From: Candidatus Shapirobacteria bacterium CG_4_10_14_0_8_um_filter_39_15 | Lineage (GTDB): Bacteria > Patescibacteriota > Microgenomatia > UM-FILTER-39-15 | Direction: 5' to 3' | Length of the DNA: 63,705 nucleotides | Assembly: GCA_002784465.1 (NCBI GenBank) | Contig: PFLE01000008.1 | Location: 1 to 63,705 of the forward strand | Shown here: piece by piece, positions 38,037 through 47,956 of the stretch | Numbering within the stretch: the stretch's first letter is position 1 | Layout: every line of letters starts with the position of its first letter | The notes under the pieces: model-generated | Databases searched by the model: none | Told to the model about the DNA's origin: nothing | What the model saw: the letters and a program-made list of their open reading frames with translations, nothing else | Made by a program: the position numbers and the translations under genes

Positions 38037-38420
38037 TTGTGTTTCTCTTTAAGTGAGGAGTGGTATGCTCGCACTAAAAAATCGTCGACACGATTTTTCA
38101 GTGTAAAGGCAGGTTTAGCCCGTAAATCGCGAATTATAACTTCGGCTTTAACGGGGAGGGTGGTGTGTAGGGCAGGCGCACTACCTTCCACATTGAAGCA
38201 GAGTGCGATTTTACGGGCCGTGTTGCCTCTCACCTAGAGACAAACAAAGTCAGGGCTTGACCCCAGTAGAACACTTACTTGCTCCCAAATACTACGTGTT
38301 TGCGTCGCAAGAGCGTGTCTACGGGGCTGCGCAAAGAAGTCGGGACTTGACAACATAGGTTAACTCTTGTTAAATAAGGTTAGTTAGTTTTCCTTCGTTT
38401 CCATGATTCTTAATTTTCCT
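38037..38420 (+). ncRNA. ORF-free structured region upstream of rho (leader or unidentified ncRNA)
   Basis: It contains the same hairpin-TAAA module and the TTTAGCCCGTAA...TTACGGGCC clamp found in the tRNA-Ala nest. I found no RNase P or tmRNA signature motifs. Confidence 0.35.
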
Positions 38421-38429
38421 TTTATTTAA

Positions 38430-39656
38430 ATGGTCGTCAAAGCAAAAAATACAGATACTCCTACGGTGGAAGAAATTACCGGCAATCCCGTTCCCGCGGG
38501 TTTTAATGGTGTGGTGGACAACCGGATTATTCCGGATGCCGATTTACCGACCGAATATGTTGAAGGCATTTTAAGCATTGCCGATGAGGGTCATGGCTAT
38601 TTAAGACCCAAATTTATTCCCGGTTTTAATGATGTTTATATTTCTTCTTCCCAAATCCGCCGTTTTGGTTTGCGGGTGGGTGATTTAGTGGGGGGACAGG
38701 CAAGACAACCGAAAGACAATGAAAGATATTTTGGTTTATTAAAAGTCGAAAAAGTTAACGGCGAGCCGATTGATTCGGAATTGATAACCAAAAGACCGTA
38801 TTTTGACGATCTTCTGCCGATTTTTCCTCAACCGCAAATAAAACTGGAGACCGAGAAAGATGTCTTAACGACCAGAATGATGGATTTAATATCACCAATT
38901 GGGAATGGTCAAAGAGGGTTGATTGTTTCACCGCCAAAAGCCGGGAAAACCTGGCTTTTAAAAGATATCGCCGCCGCGGTTTCCAAAAATTATCCCAAAA
39001 TGCATTTAATGGCAATTTTGATTGGGGAAAGGCCGGAAGAAGTGACCGATTTGGGCCGTTTTGCCAAAGGCGAAGTGGTGGCTTCCAATTTTGACGAAGC
39101 GCCGGAGAATCAGACCAGAACTGCCAATATCGCTTTGGAAAGGGCCAAAAGACTGGTGGAAATGGGGAAAGACGTGTTTATTATTTTGGATTCGATTACC
39201 CGCTTGGCCCGGGCTTACAATTTGGCGATGCCTACCTCTGGCCGAACTTTAACCGGCGGTTTTGATCCGGCGGCGTTATTTCCGGCCAAGCATTTTTTTG
39301 GCGCCGGAAGAAAAATTGAGAACGCGGGAAGCTTGACAATTATCGGTACTTGTTTAATTGATACCGGTTCAAGAATGGATGATTTGGTTTATGAAGAATT
39401 TAAAGGAACCGGCAATATGGAACTTCATTTAGACCGCCGGATGGCCGAACGCCGGATCTTTCCGGCCATTGATATCCAAAGATCGGGAACAAGGCAGGAA
39501 GAGCTCTTGTATGACCCGAAAATCTATCCCAGAATCGTCACCATCAGACGGGCGATTGACGCGGCCGATGCCGAAAATAGAACGGAAGATTTCATTAATA
39601 GTTTAAAAAAGAGCGAAACAAATGAAGAATTTTTAGCGGGTTTAGGAAAAGGGTGA
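38430..39656 (+). CDS. rho: transcription termination factor Rho
   Basis: Rho RNA-binding domain, Walker A PPKAGKT, and typical C-terminal RAIDAADA-type tail. Confidence 0.92.
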   Translation: MVVKAKNTDTPTVEEITGNPVPAGFNGVVDNRIIPDADLPTEYVEGILSIADEGHGYLRPKFIPGFNDVYISSSQIRRFGLRVGDLVGGQARQPKDNERYFGLLKVEKVNGEPIDSELITKRPYFDDLLPIFPQPQIKLETEKDVLTTRMMDLISPIGNGQRGLIVSPPKAGKTWLLKDIAAAVSKNYPKMHLMAILIGERPEEVTDLGRFAKGEVVASNFDEAPENQTRTANIALERAKRLVEMGKDVFIILDSITRLARAYNLAMPTSGRTLTGGFDPAALFPAKHFFGAGRKIENAGSLTIIGTCLIDTGSRMDDLVYEEFKGTGNMELHLDRRMAERRIFPAIDIQRSGTRQEELLYDPKIYPRIVTIRRAIDAADAENRTEDFINSLKKSETNEEFLAGLGKG

Positions 39657-39681
39657 CTTCCTAACATCCTCTAACAATCCT

Positions 39682-40362
39682 CTAATGTCCCTTAAACTTA
39701 TCGGCAATTCTGGCTTGTTCCACTTGGTAATACTTTTGGTCCTCCGCCAACTTTTTCTCCAAAGATTGGACCAAAACTCTTAAGAGATAGTCTGTTTTAT
39801 TAATAAGTTCTATAAAAATCTCGTAAGTTAGGTTTTCTGCCTTAATCTGAGTTAGAGGAGGGTAGAGGATGGTTAAAGGACGATAGAGGAATTTACCATT
39901 CTCTAAATTTCCTTTAACCTCCTTTAAGGCCGTGTTTAGATCTTTTAGATTGATCCCAATTCCTGCTAAACTTGATTCTGGCTTACTTGGTAAAAATCCA
40001 TCCTCCGCCAGTTCTCGAACGTCTCCTTTGATTTCTTCCAGGCTTCCCGGAGAAAATCCTACAAACTCGATGTATTCCGAGGTGGTGCTTCTCTTGAAAC
40101 CTTCTTCTTGATTTCTGACATTAGATCTACCGGCATCATCTAATTGCGCTTTTCTTCGATACTCTGATTTTGGTAACGAGATCGTATAAAGCCTTATAAA
40201 ATGTCTTAGTAAGACAGAGTTTGACCAGGAAGTTAGATATCTATATCCTTCCGGATCTTTCCAAACTCTTGAACTTTGAACCGGTTTTTTAGGAGTATTT
40301 AGTTCTCTCATCGTTTTTTCCACTAGTTCCTGAATTATTTCCTGTTGAGTTTTGTCTGGCAT
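39682..40362 (-). CDS. four-helix-bundle family protein with an N-terminal extension
   Basis: QLDDAGRSNVRNQEEGFKRSTTSEYIEFVGFSPGSLEEI fits the Q..A.RS...NI.EG..R ... GS..E pattern. Flanked by CCTCTAA-word repeats. Confidence 0.6.
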   Translation of the reverse strand: MPDKTQQEIIQELVEKTMRELNTPKKPVQSSRVWKDPEGYRYLTSWSNSVLLRHFIRLYTISLPKSEYRRKAQLDDAGRSNVRNQEEGFKRSTTSEYIEFVGFSPGSLEEIKGDVRELAEDGFLPSKPESSLAGIGINLKDLNTALKEVKGNLENGKFLYRPLTILYPPLTQIKAENLTYEIFIELINKTDYLLRVLVQSLEKKLAEDQKYYQVEQARIADKFKGH

Positions 40363-41162
40363 ATTTCTATATTATCATTTTTTCCTTTACGATCCTCTAT
40401 CGTCCTTTAGCGTCCCCTATCTCTCTTGGTCTTGCTATCCCATAATATGTGTTATAATTCCTCCAGTTTGGGAGCAATCCCAACTGGCAGTCTTAACATG
40501 TCGGGTTCTACTATCCAAAACGGGCCAAAAGTCAAAAAGTGAAATGTAAATCTCGAAAACGGACTGCGGCCAAAAAGTTCGACGCCTAAGGAGGGCGAAG
40601 ATGGATAAGAAAGTAGAGAAAGGTGTCCCTGGGTGGATGATGGTGGTGGTGCTTGCGGCACTGGCTCTTTGGGCAGCAACGTTGATAGTCTTGGTGCCTG
40701 ATGAACTACGCGCAACCGTGTTCAATGCCTGGATGACCGTTACTATATGGTCATCATCGGCGGGGCAACATGCTTTGCCCTCGTGGTTGCCGCGATGGAC
40801 AATCTCCGGTCATGAATGCGATTCAGGATTCAAAGAGACTGAACGAAGCGCTTTAAAACGCGTTTTTCATTCTTCGTTTTGTGGATCCTGCGGGAGTAGC
40901 CGAGTTAGTTAAAAATACCCGGTATAACTTCCGTAACGCTGCGATAGGGGCAGGTTCGAAGCGAACCTTGCTCAAAGGGGCTGAGAATCTTCCCCCGGAA
41001 ATCCTTTTGCAGAAGATTGAGCTAGGTTGGTTGTACCTACCTGATCAGAAGTAGTAACAAGCCTGATTAAAGACTGCCAACTGGCGGAGGAGTGTCAACT
41101 CATGTAACAATGTTTATGAGAAGATGCCCTCCGCCTTTTTGGTGGAAAAAAATACATCATTA

Positions 41163-41290
41163 ACAGTAAATCAGTAAAAATCAGAAAATCAGGTTAAGAT
41201 AATCAGAGAACAGAATATCTGTAACAAAATTACTGATTTTACTGATCTCTGTTTTCTTTTCCCGATATAACCGATATTCTGATTTACTTC
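41163..41290. repeat. family P1 palindrome
   Basis: ACAGTAAATCAGTAAAAATCAGAAAATCAGGTTAAGATAATCAGAGAACAG ... CTGATCTCTGTTTTCTTTTCCCGATATAACCGATATTCTGATTTAC. Confidence 0.7.
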
Positions 41291-41364
41291 TTTTGTGATC
41301 TCTTTTGATATATTTCGATTTGTTTACATTTATGACTAATTCTGATACTGTTTAACAATCTAAA

Positions 41365-42450
41365 ATGAAGAACCTGCGCAAGGATCTGTTGGCTTTCTTT
41401 CGTCTCTGGTATTTTTATTTCTACAAAAGATTGCGGATTGCTTTTTTGCGGTTTGAAACCGGCAAAAATTCTTTGGTTGAAAAACTAATCTTTGGCCGGG
41501 GAAAGATGGTCCGGCCTTTTATTCACACCGGTATGGTTGGATTGGTCATTTTGGGTGTTCTTTTGGCGCCGATTGTCGCCTCGACTTTTCCCGGATTTGC
41601 CCAGGAGAATTGGCATGAAACCCCGCCGCCTTCGGCGGTTTTATCCGCCGTGACCACCGAGGATTCAGCCACGACTACCTTGATTTCTACCAAGCCTCGA
41701 TCCGAAGTTGTTGATTATAAAGTTGAATCCGGCGACACCCTTTCTTTGATCGGCCAGAAATTCGGGATTTCCATTGACACGCTCCGCTGGGCTAATAATT
41801 TGGATACGATTTCGTCAATCAAGCCCGGCCAAACATTAAAGATTCTGCCGGTGACCGGCGTAGTTCATAAAGTGAAGAAAGGGGAGACGGTTTATTCAAT
41901 TGCCAAATATTACAATACCGATACCCAGGGGATTGTTGATTTTCCTTTTAATACTTTTGCCGATGATGAAAATTTTACCTTAATTGCCGGTCAGGATTTA
42001 GTTGTTCCCGATGGGGTGATGCCGAAAGTAACGCTTTGGTCGCCAACCTATGTGGCGCAAAAAACCCCGAACGCCGGTTCAGTAACTGCGACCGGGTTAT
42101 TTGTCTGGCCGGTATCGGGAACGATTTCCCAAAGATTCAGCTGGTATCACAAAGCGATTGATATTGCTAATAATAGCTATCCGCCGATTTTGGCCGCCGA
42201 TTCCGGAGTGGTTTCGGTACCGCCGTATATGGCTGGAGGATATGGCAATTACGTGATGATTGATCACGGCAACGGTTTTGTCACTCTTTACGGCCACCTG
42301 TCAAAAATCCTGGTGACGAACGGCCAGACGGTCAAGCGGGGAGACCAAATCGGGATTGTCGGTTCATCCGGCCGGTCAACCGGTCCTCATCTTCATTTCG
42401 AAATCCGCCGCAACGGCGTCGGTGTTGATCCAATGGCATATTTGAAGTAA
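41365..42450 (+). CDS. M23-family metallopeptidase with two LysM domains
   Basis: LysM motifs YKVESGDTLSLIG and HKVKKGETVYSIA. M23 motifs HKAIDI, YGHLS and GPHLHFEI. Confidence 0.9.
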   Translation: MKNLRKDLLAFFRLWYFYFYKRLRIAFLRFETGKNSLVEKLIFGRGKMVRPFIHTGMVGLVILGVLLAPIVASTFPGFAQENWHETPPPSAVLSAVTTEDSATTTLISTKPRSEVVDYKVESGDTLSLIGQKFGISIDTLRWANNLDTISSIKPGQTLKILPVTGVVHKVKKGETVYSIAKYYNTDTQGIVDFPFNTFADDENFTLIAGQDLVVPDGVMPKVTLWSPTYVAQKTPNAGSVTATGLFVWPVSGTISQRFSWYHKAIDIANNSYPPILAADSGVVSVPPYMAGGYGNYVMIDHGNGFVTLYGHLSKILVTNGQTVKRGDQIGIVGSSGRSTGPHLHFEIRRNGVGVDPMAYLK

Positions 42451-42548
42451 AATACTACCAGAAGACAGAGGATAGACGACGGATGACAGATTTCAGACAA
42501 TACAGACTTGACAGATTTTTCTGTCTTCTGTTTTCTGTTATCCGACAG

Positions 42549-42621
42549 GGGCCGTTAGCACAGTTGGTAATGCGCCGCATTCGCATTGCGGAGATCGGCG
42601 GTTCGACTCCGCCACGGTCCA
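42549..42621 (+). tRNA. tRNA-Ala(CGC)
   Basis: GGGCCGT / ACGGTCC acceptor with G3:U70, anticodon loop TTCGCAT, T loop TTCGACT. Confidence 0.85.
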
Positions 42622-42656
42622 CTTCACCGGATTAATTTATTTGATATACTAGTTAT

Positions 42657-43317
42657 ATGGCCGGAGAATTTGGGGATGTATTAGGTAACGTTCAAGATAA
42701 ATTATCAGATTCTGGTTTAAAAAGAATCCCAGATATGGTTTTAACTGTTGTTACTGATGAATTAGAAATTGCACCGAAGAGAACACTTCAGAAAATTACT
42801 ATTAAAAGATTACCCGAACAACGATTAAGTATTTCTATTGGAAATGAAGAGCAACTGGATCTTGGTACGATGTTGCCTAATGGTGTCGATTTCGTCGCCG
42901 GTAGTGATTTTATTTTTAATAAAGGACTGGGCAGATTAACCATCCCTACAGATAAAGAGTCTGTTTCTCGGGGGTTATGGTTTAGAATGTCTTTGGCTCA
43001 CGAAATTGGCCACGGATTAGATAGTGAATATGATAAATTAGATTTACAAAGTCGGGAAGAGGGAGATTCTTTTGCAGTTCAGATCAGGAAAGAAAATGCA
43101 CTTTTAAAAATGGAAGTTAATGCCTGGAATTCTGGAAAAGCGATCGCAGACATTATGGGTATTGATGAAATTAAAAAGGTTCAAATTTATAACCCCCATT
43201 ACACAAGGTGTTGAAAATATTTCTGTTAAAGAATTACGAGAAAGGATTGACCAATTATATGAAGATAATAAAATATTTACTGCAATGGATGAACTTAAAA
43301 GAGTTGCTTCTAAATAG
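42657..43317 (+). pseudogene. HExxH-motif hypothetical protein, probable frameshift near 43190-43205 (ORFs 42657..43214 and 43120..43317)
   Basis: LAHEIGHGLD motif. The protein-like sequence continues in another frame after AACCCCCA. Confidence 0.45.
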
Positions 43318-43366
43318 AACGATAAATAAATTTGACTAATTAGCCTAATTAGACTAATTTGGTAAT

Positions 43367-43918
43367 ATGGCTGGTTATGAAAGTCTTCTTGTTTATCGTT
43401 TAGCTGTTACAATTTTCGATTTTGGTAATATTTTTTGTCAAGAATTCTTAAAAGATTTAAAATATCGAAGAACAGTAGAACAAATGGAGCAGGCGAATCG
43501 TTCTGGAAAACAGAACATTGTTGAAGCTTCTCTCGAAAAGAGCATGGAAGGGAATATTAAATTAACTGGTGTTTCTCGGGCAAGCTACGGGGAACTAATG
43601 GAAGATTTTAAAGACGATCTTAGATTAAGAAACCTGCCGATTTGGGATAAAAATGATCCTCGAGTATTAAAAATTCGATCATTTAAGGAATCTGTAGAAA
43701 ATCCTACTAATTTGACAAATTTGTCAAATTGGACCAATTTGGATTTTACTAATCCTGAGAATTTTGCTAATATGATGATCTGTCTAATTTATAAACAGAA
43801 TTATCTTTTGGATCAGCTTTTACGCAGTCAGGAAGAAAAGTTTGTTAAAGAAGGTGGTTTCAGAGAAAACTTATTTAGAAAAAGAAGAGAATATTTAAAA
43901 AACAATTCGGGCCCGTAG
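43367..43918 (+). CDS. four-helix-bundle protein with a suffix domain
   Basis: LLVYRLAVTIFDF ... EQANRSGKQNIVEAS ... SRASYGELMEDF, with C-terminal KFVKEGGFRENLF. The stop codon lies inside the first 10 nt of tRNA-Ala(GGC). Confidence 0.7.
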   Translation: MAGYESLLVYRLAVTIFDFGNIFCQEFLKDLKYRRTVEQMEQANRSGKQNIVEASLEKSMEGNIKLTGVSRASYGELMEDFKDDLRLRNLPIWDKNDPRVLKIRSFKESVENPTNLTNLSNWTNLDFTNPENFANMMICLIYKQNYLLDQLLRSQEEKFVKEGGFRENLFRKRREYLKNNSGP

Positions 43919-43979
43919 TACACCGGTAATACGTCGCAATGGCATTGCGAAATAGGGAGTTCGATTCTCCCCGGGTCCA
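43909..43979 (+). tRNA. tRNA-Ala(GGC)
   Basis: GGGCCCG / CGGGTCC acceptor with G3:U70, anticodon loop ATGGCAT, T loop TTCGATT. Confidence 0.8.
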
Positions 43980-44208
43980 CTTGAAATTTTCTGATGAAAA
44001 TTTTAAGTGCAAGCACTTCTTTTTGCATTTGACTTAAAAGGTTGATATAATATTTCTTAGACCCAAGGAAATTACGGTGGTAGGTACCATTCGATACCTG
44101 CCTACCGTGTGCCGACTGGTACGCGGTGTTCACCATGACTCTGGTTAACCCAGGTGTTTTGGAAGAAACGAAAACCTGGGGAAATCAGATTGGAGGTGAA
44201 TATATAAA

Positions 44209-44505
44209 ATGGCTTTTGCAGATCAAAATTTAAAGTGCCGCGATTGCGGTGCTGACTTCGTTTGGACCGCTTCCGAGCAGGAATTCTATCAACAGAAAGG
44301 ATTCACGAATGCTCCGGTGCGTTGTCCAGCCTGCAGGCAGGCAAAAAAGCAGGAAAGAATGACGGATCGAAAAATGTATCCGATCACTTGCGCGCAATGC
44401 GGCAAGACTGATGAGGTTCCTTTCGAACCGAGAGGCGATAGGCCGGTTCTTTGTAAGGATTGTTTCAAGAAAAGCAAAGAAACGGGTGGGCCTGCGGCAG
44501 CGTAA
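44209..44505 (+). CDS. CxxC-x17-CxxC zinc-ribbon protein
   Basis: CRDCG...CPAC and CAQCG...CKDC pairs, 98 aa. Confidence 0.75.
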   Translation: MAFADQNLKCRDCGADFVWTASEQEFYQQKGFTNAPVRCPACRQAKKQERMTDRKMYPITCAQCGKTDEVPFEPRGDRPVLCKDCFKKSKETGGPAAA

Positions 44506-44540
44506 TTTTCAAAACGACGTCGTTTTTGAAACCCAAAAAA

Positions 44541-44563
44541 GCCGAGCTCAGCTCGGTTTTTTG
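44541..44563. terminator. bidirectional terminator hairpin
   Basis: A-run, GCCGAGCTCAGCTCGGT, T-run, between convergent genes. Confidence 0.6.
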
Positions 44564-44574
44564 GTGGGATAACT

Positions 44575-44695
44575 AGTAGAATATCAGTTGATCAGTAAAT
44601 CGGGGAAAGATGACTTGAGAACAGAATATCTGTAAGAGGGACTGATTTCGGATCCCTGTTTTACTTTACCCGATATTCTGATTTACTGATTTACT
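44575..44695. repeat. family P1 palindrome
   Basis: AGAATATCAGTTGATCAGTAAATCGGGGAAAGATGACTTGAGAACAG ... CCCTGTTTTACTTTACCCGATATTCTGATTTACTGATTTAC. Confidence 0.7.
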
Positions 44696-44742
44696 TGTTT
44701 CAAATTGATTTCAAATTTAAAATTGTAAATTAAAAAATTATC

Positions 44743-46746
44743 TTATGGAGTAGTAGTTGGAATCGGGGTTGGTTCTGCCGTTGGCACTGGACTGATGGCT
44801 GGTGCTGATTCGGTTGGCAGAGTTAACGGCGGCTTGATGCCGGTTGGCGCCGGTTGCGGCGGTTTTAAGGTTTCACTGGGTTTGACGCCTTCTTTTTTGG
44901 CAGTTTCGGCTAATTTCTTTTGTAAGGCTTCCAATTCATTTTGGGCTTTTTGATAATCCTGGGAATCAGTCGGAACAAGCGTTAAAGTTGTTTGCATTTC
45001 CGCGACCGCCTTATTAAATTTTGCTTGTTCTCGATAAGTAGCTGAAAGGTTGTAATGGGCGTTGGCAAAATTCGGTTTTAACTGAACCGCGATTTCAAAT
45101 TGCCTTTGGGCATCATCCCAATTTTTTAAAGAGAAATAAACACCGCCTAAGGCTACTCGCAGGTTTGGGTTAAGCGGGTCAAGAGTTAAAGTTTGTTGAT
45201 AAGAAGCCACCGTCCAGTTTTCCGCGTCTTGGGCAAAATTTATCAGTCCCCGATAAATGAGTGCTAAATTTTCCCAAGCAGTCACATTTTGGGGATCTAA
45301 AGAAACGGCTATTTTAGCCTCGCGGATTGCTTGCTGAATTAAGGTTGAGATATTCTGGCGATCCTGATCCGTCAAGTCTTTTTTACCGGCCAAGGCGTTA
45401 GCAAGCGCTAAATTGGTTTGCGAATAGGCGACGTGATAACTGAAACTGTATGGGGCTTGAGCAATGGCCTTAATTTGCCAATTATAAGTATCAAGACCGT
45501 TGTTTTGGGAATAAGCCACCAGCGATTTATGGAAATAATAATCGGCCAGCCAATTTTTGCCGAAAAGATATAAACCGCCCAGAGAAAAAATCAAAATCGG
45601 AATAAATAACAACCAGGGTAGAGGAGTGGATTTTTCTTCCAGTTCGGTCGCCGGGGATTCAACCGCTAAAACCGCCACTAATAAATATAAGGTAAATAGG
45701 AGAATGAAATTCGGCGGCAGAATCGCCAGCAAAACGAAAACCGCAACCAAGGCGGCTTTGTTTTTAAGCAGGGTTAATCCACCTTTAAACGATCGTTTGA
45801 TCAACCAAAGAAACATGACCAGACCGAACAATCCGGTGGTGGTAAAGAGTTGAAAATACCAATTTGAAGAAATGCCAAAACGAATTGACCAAAGATTGGT
45901 ATTGTTATAAGCCAAAGAATGGAAGCGGGTGAAAGCGGTAATGAAATTATCCGGACCGATTCCCCAAAACGGGGACTGCTTAAGAGTTTCGATGGCAATC
46001 ACCCAACCTTCATTAATTGATAATAAAATTGGTCGGGAAAGGTATAGCTGGCGCAGGCCAAGCGCCAAAGCAGCGGTCATAATCAAAACCGATAATCCCG
46101 ACAGGAGGAGCAGCGGTTTTTTAGTAGTTTTAATTTTAGACGCCAACAAAGAGACGCTGATAATTATTGCCGGAATTAAGATGGTGATCAAAGACAGAAT
46201 TGCGCCGGTTGGGGTAAAATTGACGCTTTTGAGCCAATCGGTTAGCGGCAAGAAGCTGGTAAGTTTTAAAAATTCAGTTAGGCTGATCAATGCCAGTAAA
46301 GTAATGCTAACAATATAACAATATAACAACCCGTCTCCACTCGGCGGTCGAACCGAGGCGGATCCAGCAATGTCTTCCTTCCCAAAGTGATTAGTAATTA
46401 AAAAGAATAACAGAGTGAAGGCGATAATTGTTCCCGTTGAATTGACGGACAAAAGAGTTTCTAACTTATTTGGTGATATCGCTAGACTCGAGATAATAAA
46501 TGCGGCGGCAATCCCCAGAATCGGTAAATCAAATACCGTGTGCCGGAAAGTAACGGTTTTATTAATAACCATTTTAACCATCCATAATAAGGTAAGGAAA
46601 ATGACCGCAAAAACCAGCAGAACATTTTTATTAAATTCAAAAAAATCATAAGTAAGAGGAAGAAAGAATAAGGGAAGAATAAAGACCAGACCGGCAATCT
46701 TTAATAAAATTAGGCGATTAATAATTTTGGTTAATTTTTCAAGCAT
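44743..46746 (-). CDS. O-antigen-ligase-like (Wzy_C) polytopic membrane protein with C-terminal TPR repeats
   Basis: Many TM segments and TPR-like AWENLALIYR / ANAHYNLSATY. An in-frame repeat segment GSASVRPPSGDGLLYCYIV lies at about 46295-46375. Confidence 0.7.
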   Translation of the reverse strand: MLEKLTKIINRLILLKIAGLVFILPLFFLPLTYDFFEFNKNVLLVFAVIFLTLLWMVKMVINKTVTFRHTVFDLPILGIAAAFIISSLAISPNKLETLLSVNSTGTIIAFTLLFFLITNHFGKEDIAGSASVRPPSGDGLLYCYIVSITLLALISLTEFLKLTSFLPLTDWLKSVNFTPTGAILSLITILIPAIIISVSLLASKIKTTKKPLLLLSGLSVLIMTAALALGLRQLYLSRPILLSINEGWVIAIETLKQSPFWGIGPDNFITAFTRFHSLAYNNTNLWSIRFGISSNWYFQLFTTTGLFGLVMFLWLIKRSFKGGLTLLKNKAALVAVFVLLAILPPNFILLFTLYLLVAVLAVESPATELEEKSTPLPWLLFIPILIFSLGGLYLFGKNWLADYYFHKSLVAYSQNNGLDTYNWQIKAIAQAPYSFSYHVAYSQTNLALANALAGKKDLTDQDRQNISTLIQQAIREAKIAVSLDPQNVTAWENLALIYRGLINFAQDAENWTVASYQQTLTLDPLNPNLRVALGGVYFSLKNWDDAQRQFEIAVQLKPNFANAHYNLSATYREQAKFNKAVAEMQTTLTLVPTDSQDYQKAQNELEALQKKLAETAKKEGVKPSETLKPPQPAPTGIKPPLTLPTESAPAISPVPTAEPTPIPTTTP

Positions 46747-47173
46747 ACAAATATATATGATTCCATAAAAAAAATATCAAGTCAAGACCCCAATTTTATT
46801 TTGAAAGATGCATTTTGTTTTCATAAAGTTTTCATTAATCAATTACCGCAAAGATGGCCAGAATAAATATCCGATCAGAAGATATCTAAATATAACAACA
46901 CTGCGGTAATAAATCAATTACCGCAATGATGCATTAAGAGATAGTTGATTATATGCGTTGGTAAAATTAAGAGGTTAAGGTGAGGAAGTTGGTTTTAGAA
47001 AGGGTTATGGTTAGGATGAAGCAGTTAGTTTGGGTAAAGGTTAAGGGGAAGTGGTCCACCTGACCTTAACCGCCAGACTTAACTAACTGCCTAGCCCTTA
47101 CCTTAACCAGTTCCAATTTGGCAAACAGAAAAACGTAGTGCTAGCAATAACTTTAGAGGTAAACGAGAGGATA

Positions 47174-47803
47174 TTACTTCTCAAAGTATTCTTTGAGACG
47201 TTCTCCCGTCTTAAGAAGCTCCTTGGTATTTCGGTGAATCTTTTCCAAATTCTCTTTTTGAAATGGCGTTAGTTTTGAAATATCGGCTAATAAATTTGAT
47301 GTTGAATCAAGGATTTCTTCCGCACGATTTCGGAAAGTCAGGTTAAGCCAGAGAAAAACATTCTCTTCTTCCTTACCCGATTCCTTTTCCAAAGCCGTTT
47401 TCTTACGGTTGATGGTCTTTATTCTTTCTTTGTCTTGCTGAACTTCCAAATACTCGTGGCCGAAATAGATTGCTATTGGGGTAATAATTACCAATCCGAG
47501 AATTTGGAGCAAGTCATTAAGGTTAATTACTTGCTGGAAAAAAATAACCGCAAAAAGCAAGGCTAAAGCCGATGTGATTAAAGGACCAAAGATTAAAGAT
47601 AAGCCAAACAATAAAACATAAAGCAAGTAAAAAAGCGGGGAGCGCAAGCCGCCGGTTTGAAAAATTAAAAGTAAAGAGACGCTGGTAAAAATCAGGCCGT
47701 CAAGAATGGTCACCAAATTGATTTTTTTAAAGAACATTATCCGGCTTAAGAAATAAGCTAAAGTCAAAACACCAACCAATTGTATTGTCATTTGGGCAGA
47801 CAT
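47174..47803 (-). CDS. hypothetical membrane protein
   Basis: 209 aa, five hydrophobic segments, helical C-terminus. Confidence 0.55.
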   Translation of the reverse strand: MSAQMTIQLVGVLTLAYFLSRIMFFKKINLVTILDGLIFTSVSLLLIFQTGGLRSPLFYLLYVLLFGLSLIFGPLITSALALLFAVIFFQQVINLNDLLQILGLVIITPIAIYFGHEYLEVQQDKERIKTINRKKTALEKESGKEEENVFLWLNLTFRNRAEEILDSTSNLLADISKLTPFQKENLEKIHRNTKELLKTGERLKEYFEK

Positions 47804-47956
47804 GGTTTAATCATAGTTGGCGAGTAGGTATTTGTAAAGTCCATATCCTAATCGTCGAATCACTAATTGTTACGAATATACGAATTCGTATATTAGTTAC
47901 AAATTCGTAATTCGTTGATAATTGATAAAACGATGAGATTCAATTAGAATTAGTCT

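Noticed and set aside
38037-38420. RNase P RNA or tmRNA upstream of rho
   Set aside because: Some local resemblance exists (GTAGGGCAGGCGCAC, GACAACATAGGTTAAC). However, the universal GAGGAAAGTCC and ACAGAA-CGGCTTA blocks and a complementary P4 are absent. There is no tRNA-like 3' end for a tmRNA.
40601-40912. 103-aa ORF in the GC-rich patch after the four-helix-bundle gene
   Set aside because: The N-terminal TM-like part is plausible, but the remainder is Ser/Cys-rich junk, and a better TM segment continues in another frame. The evidence is too weak to call a gene.
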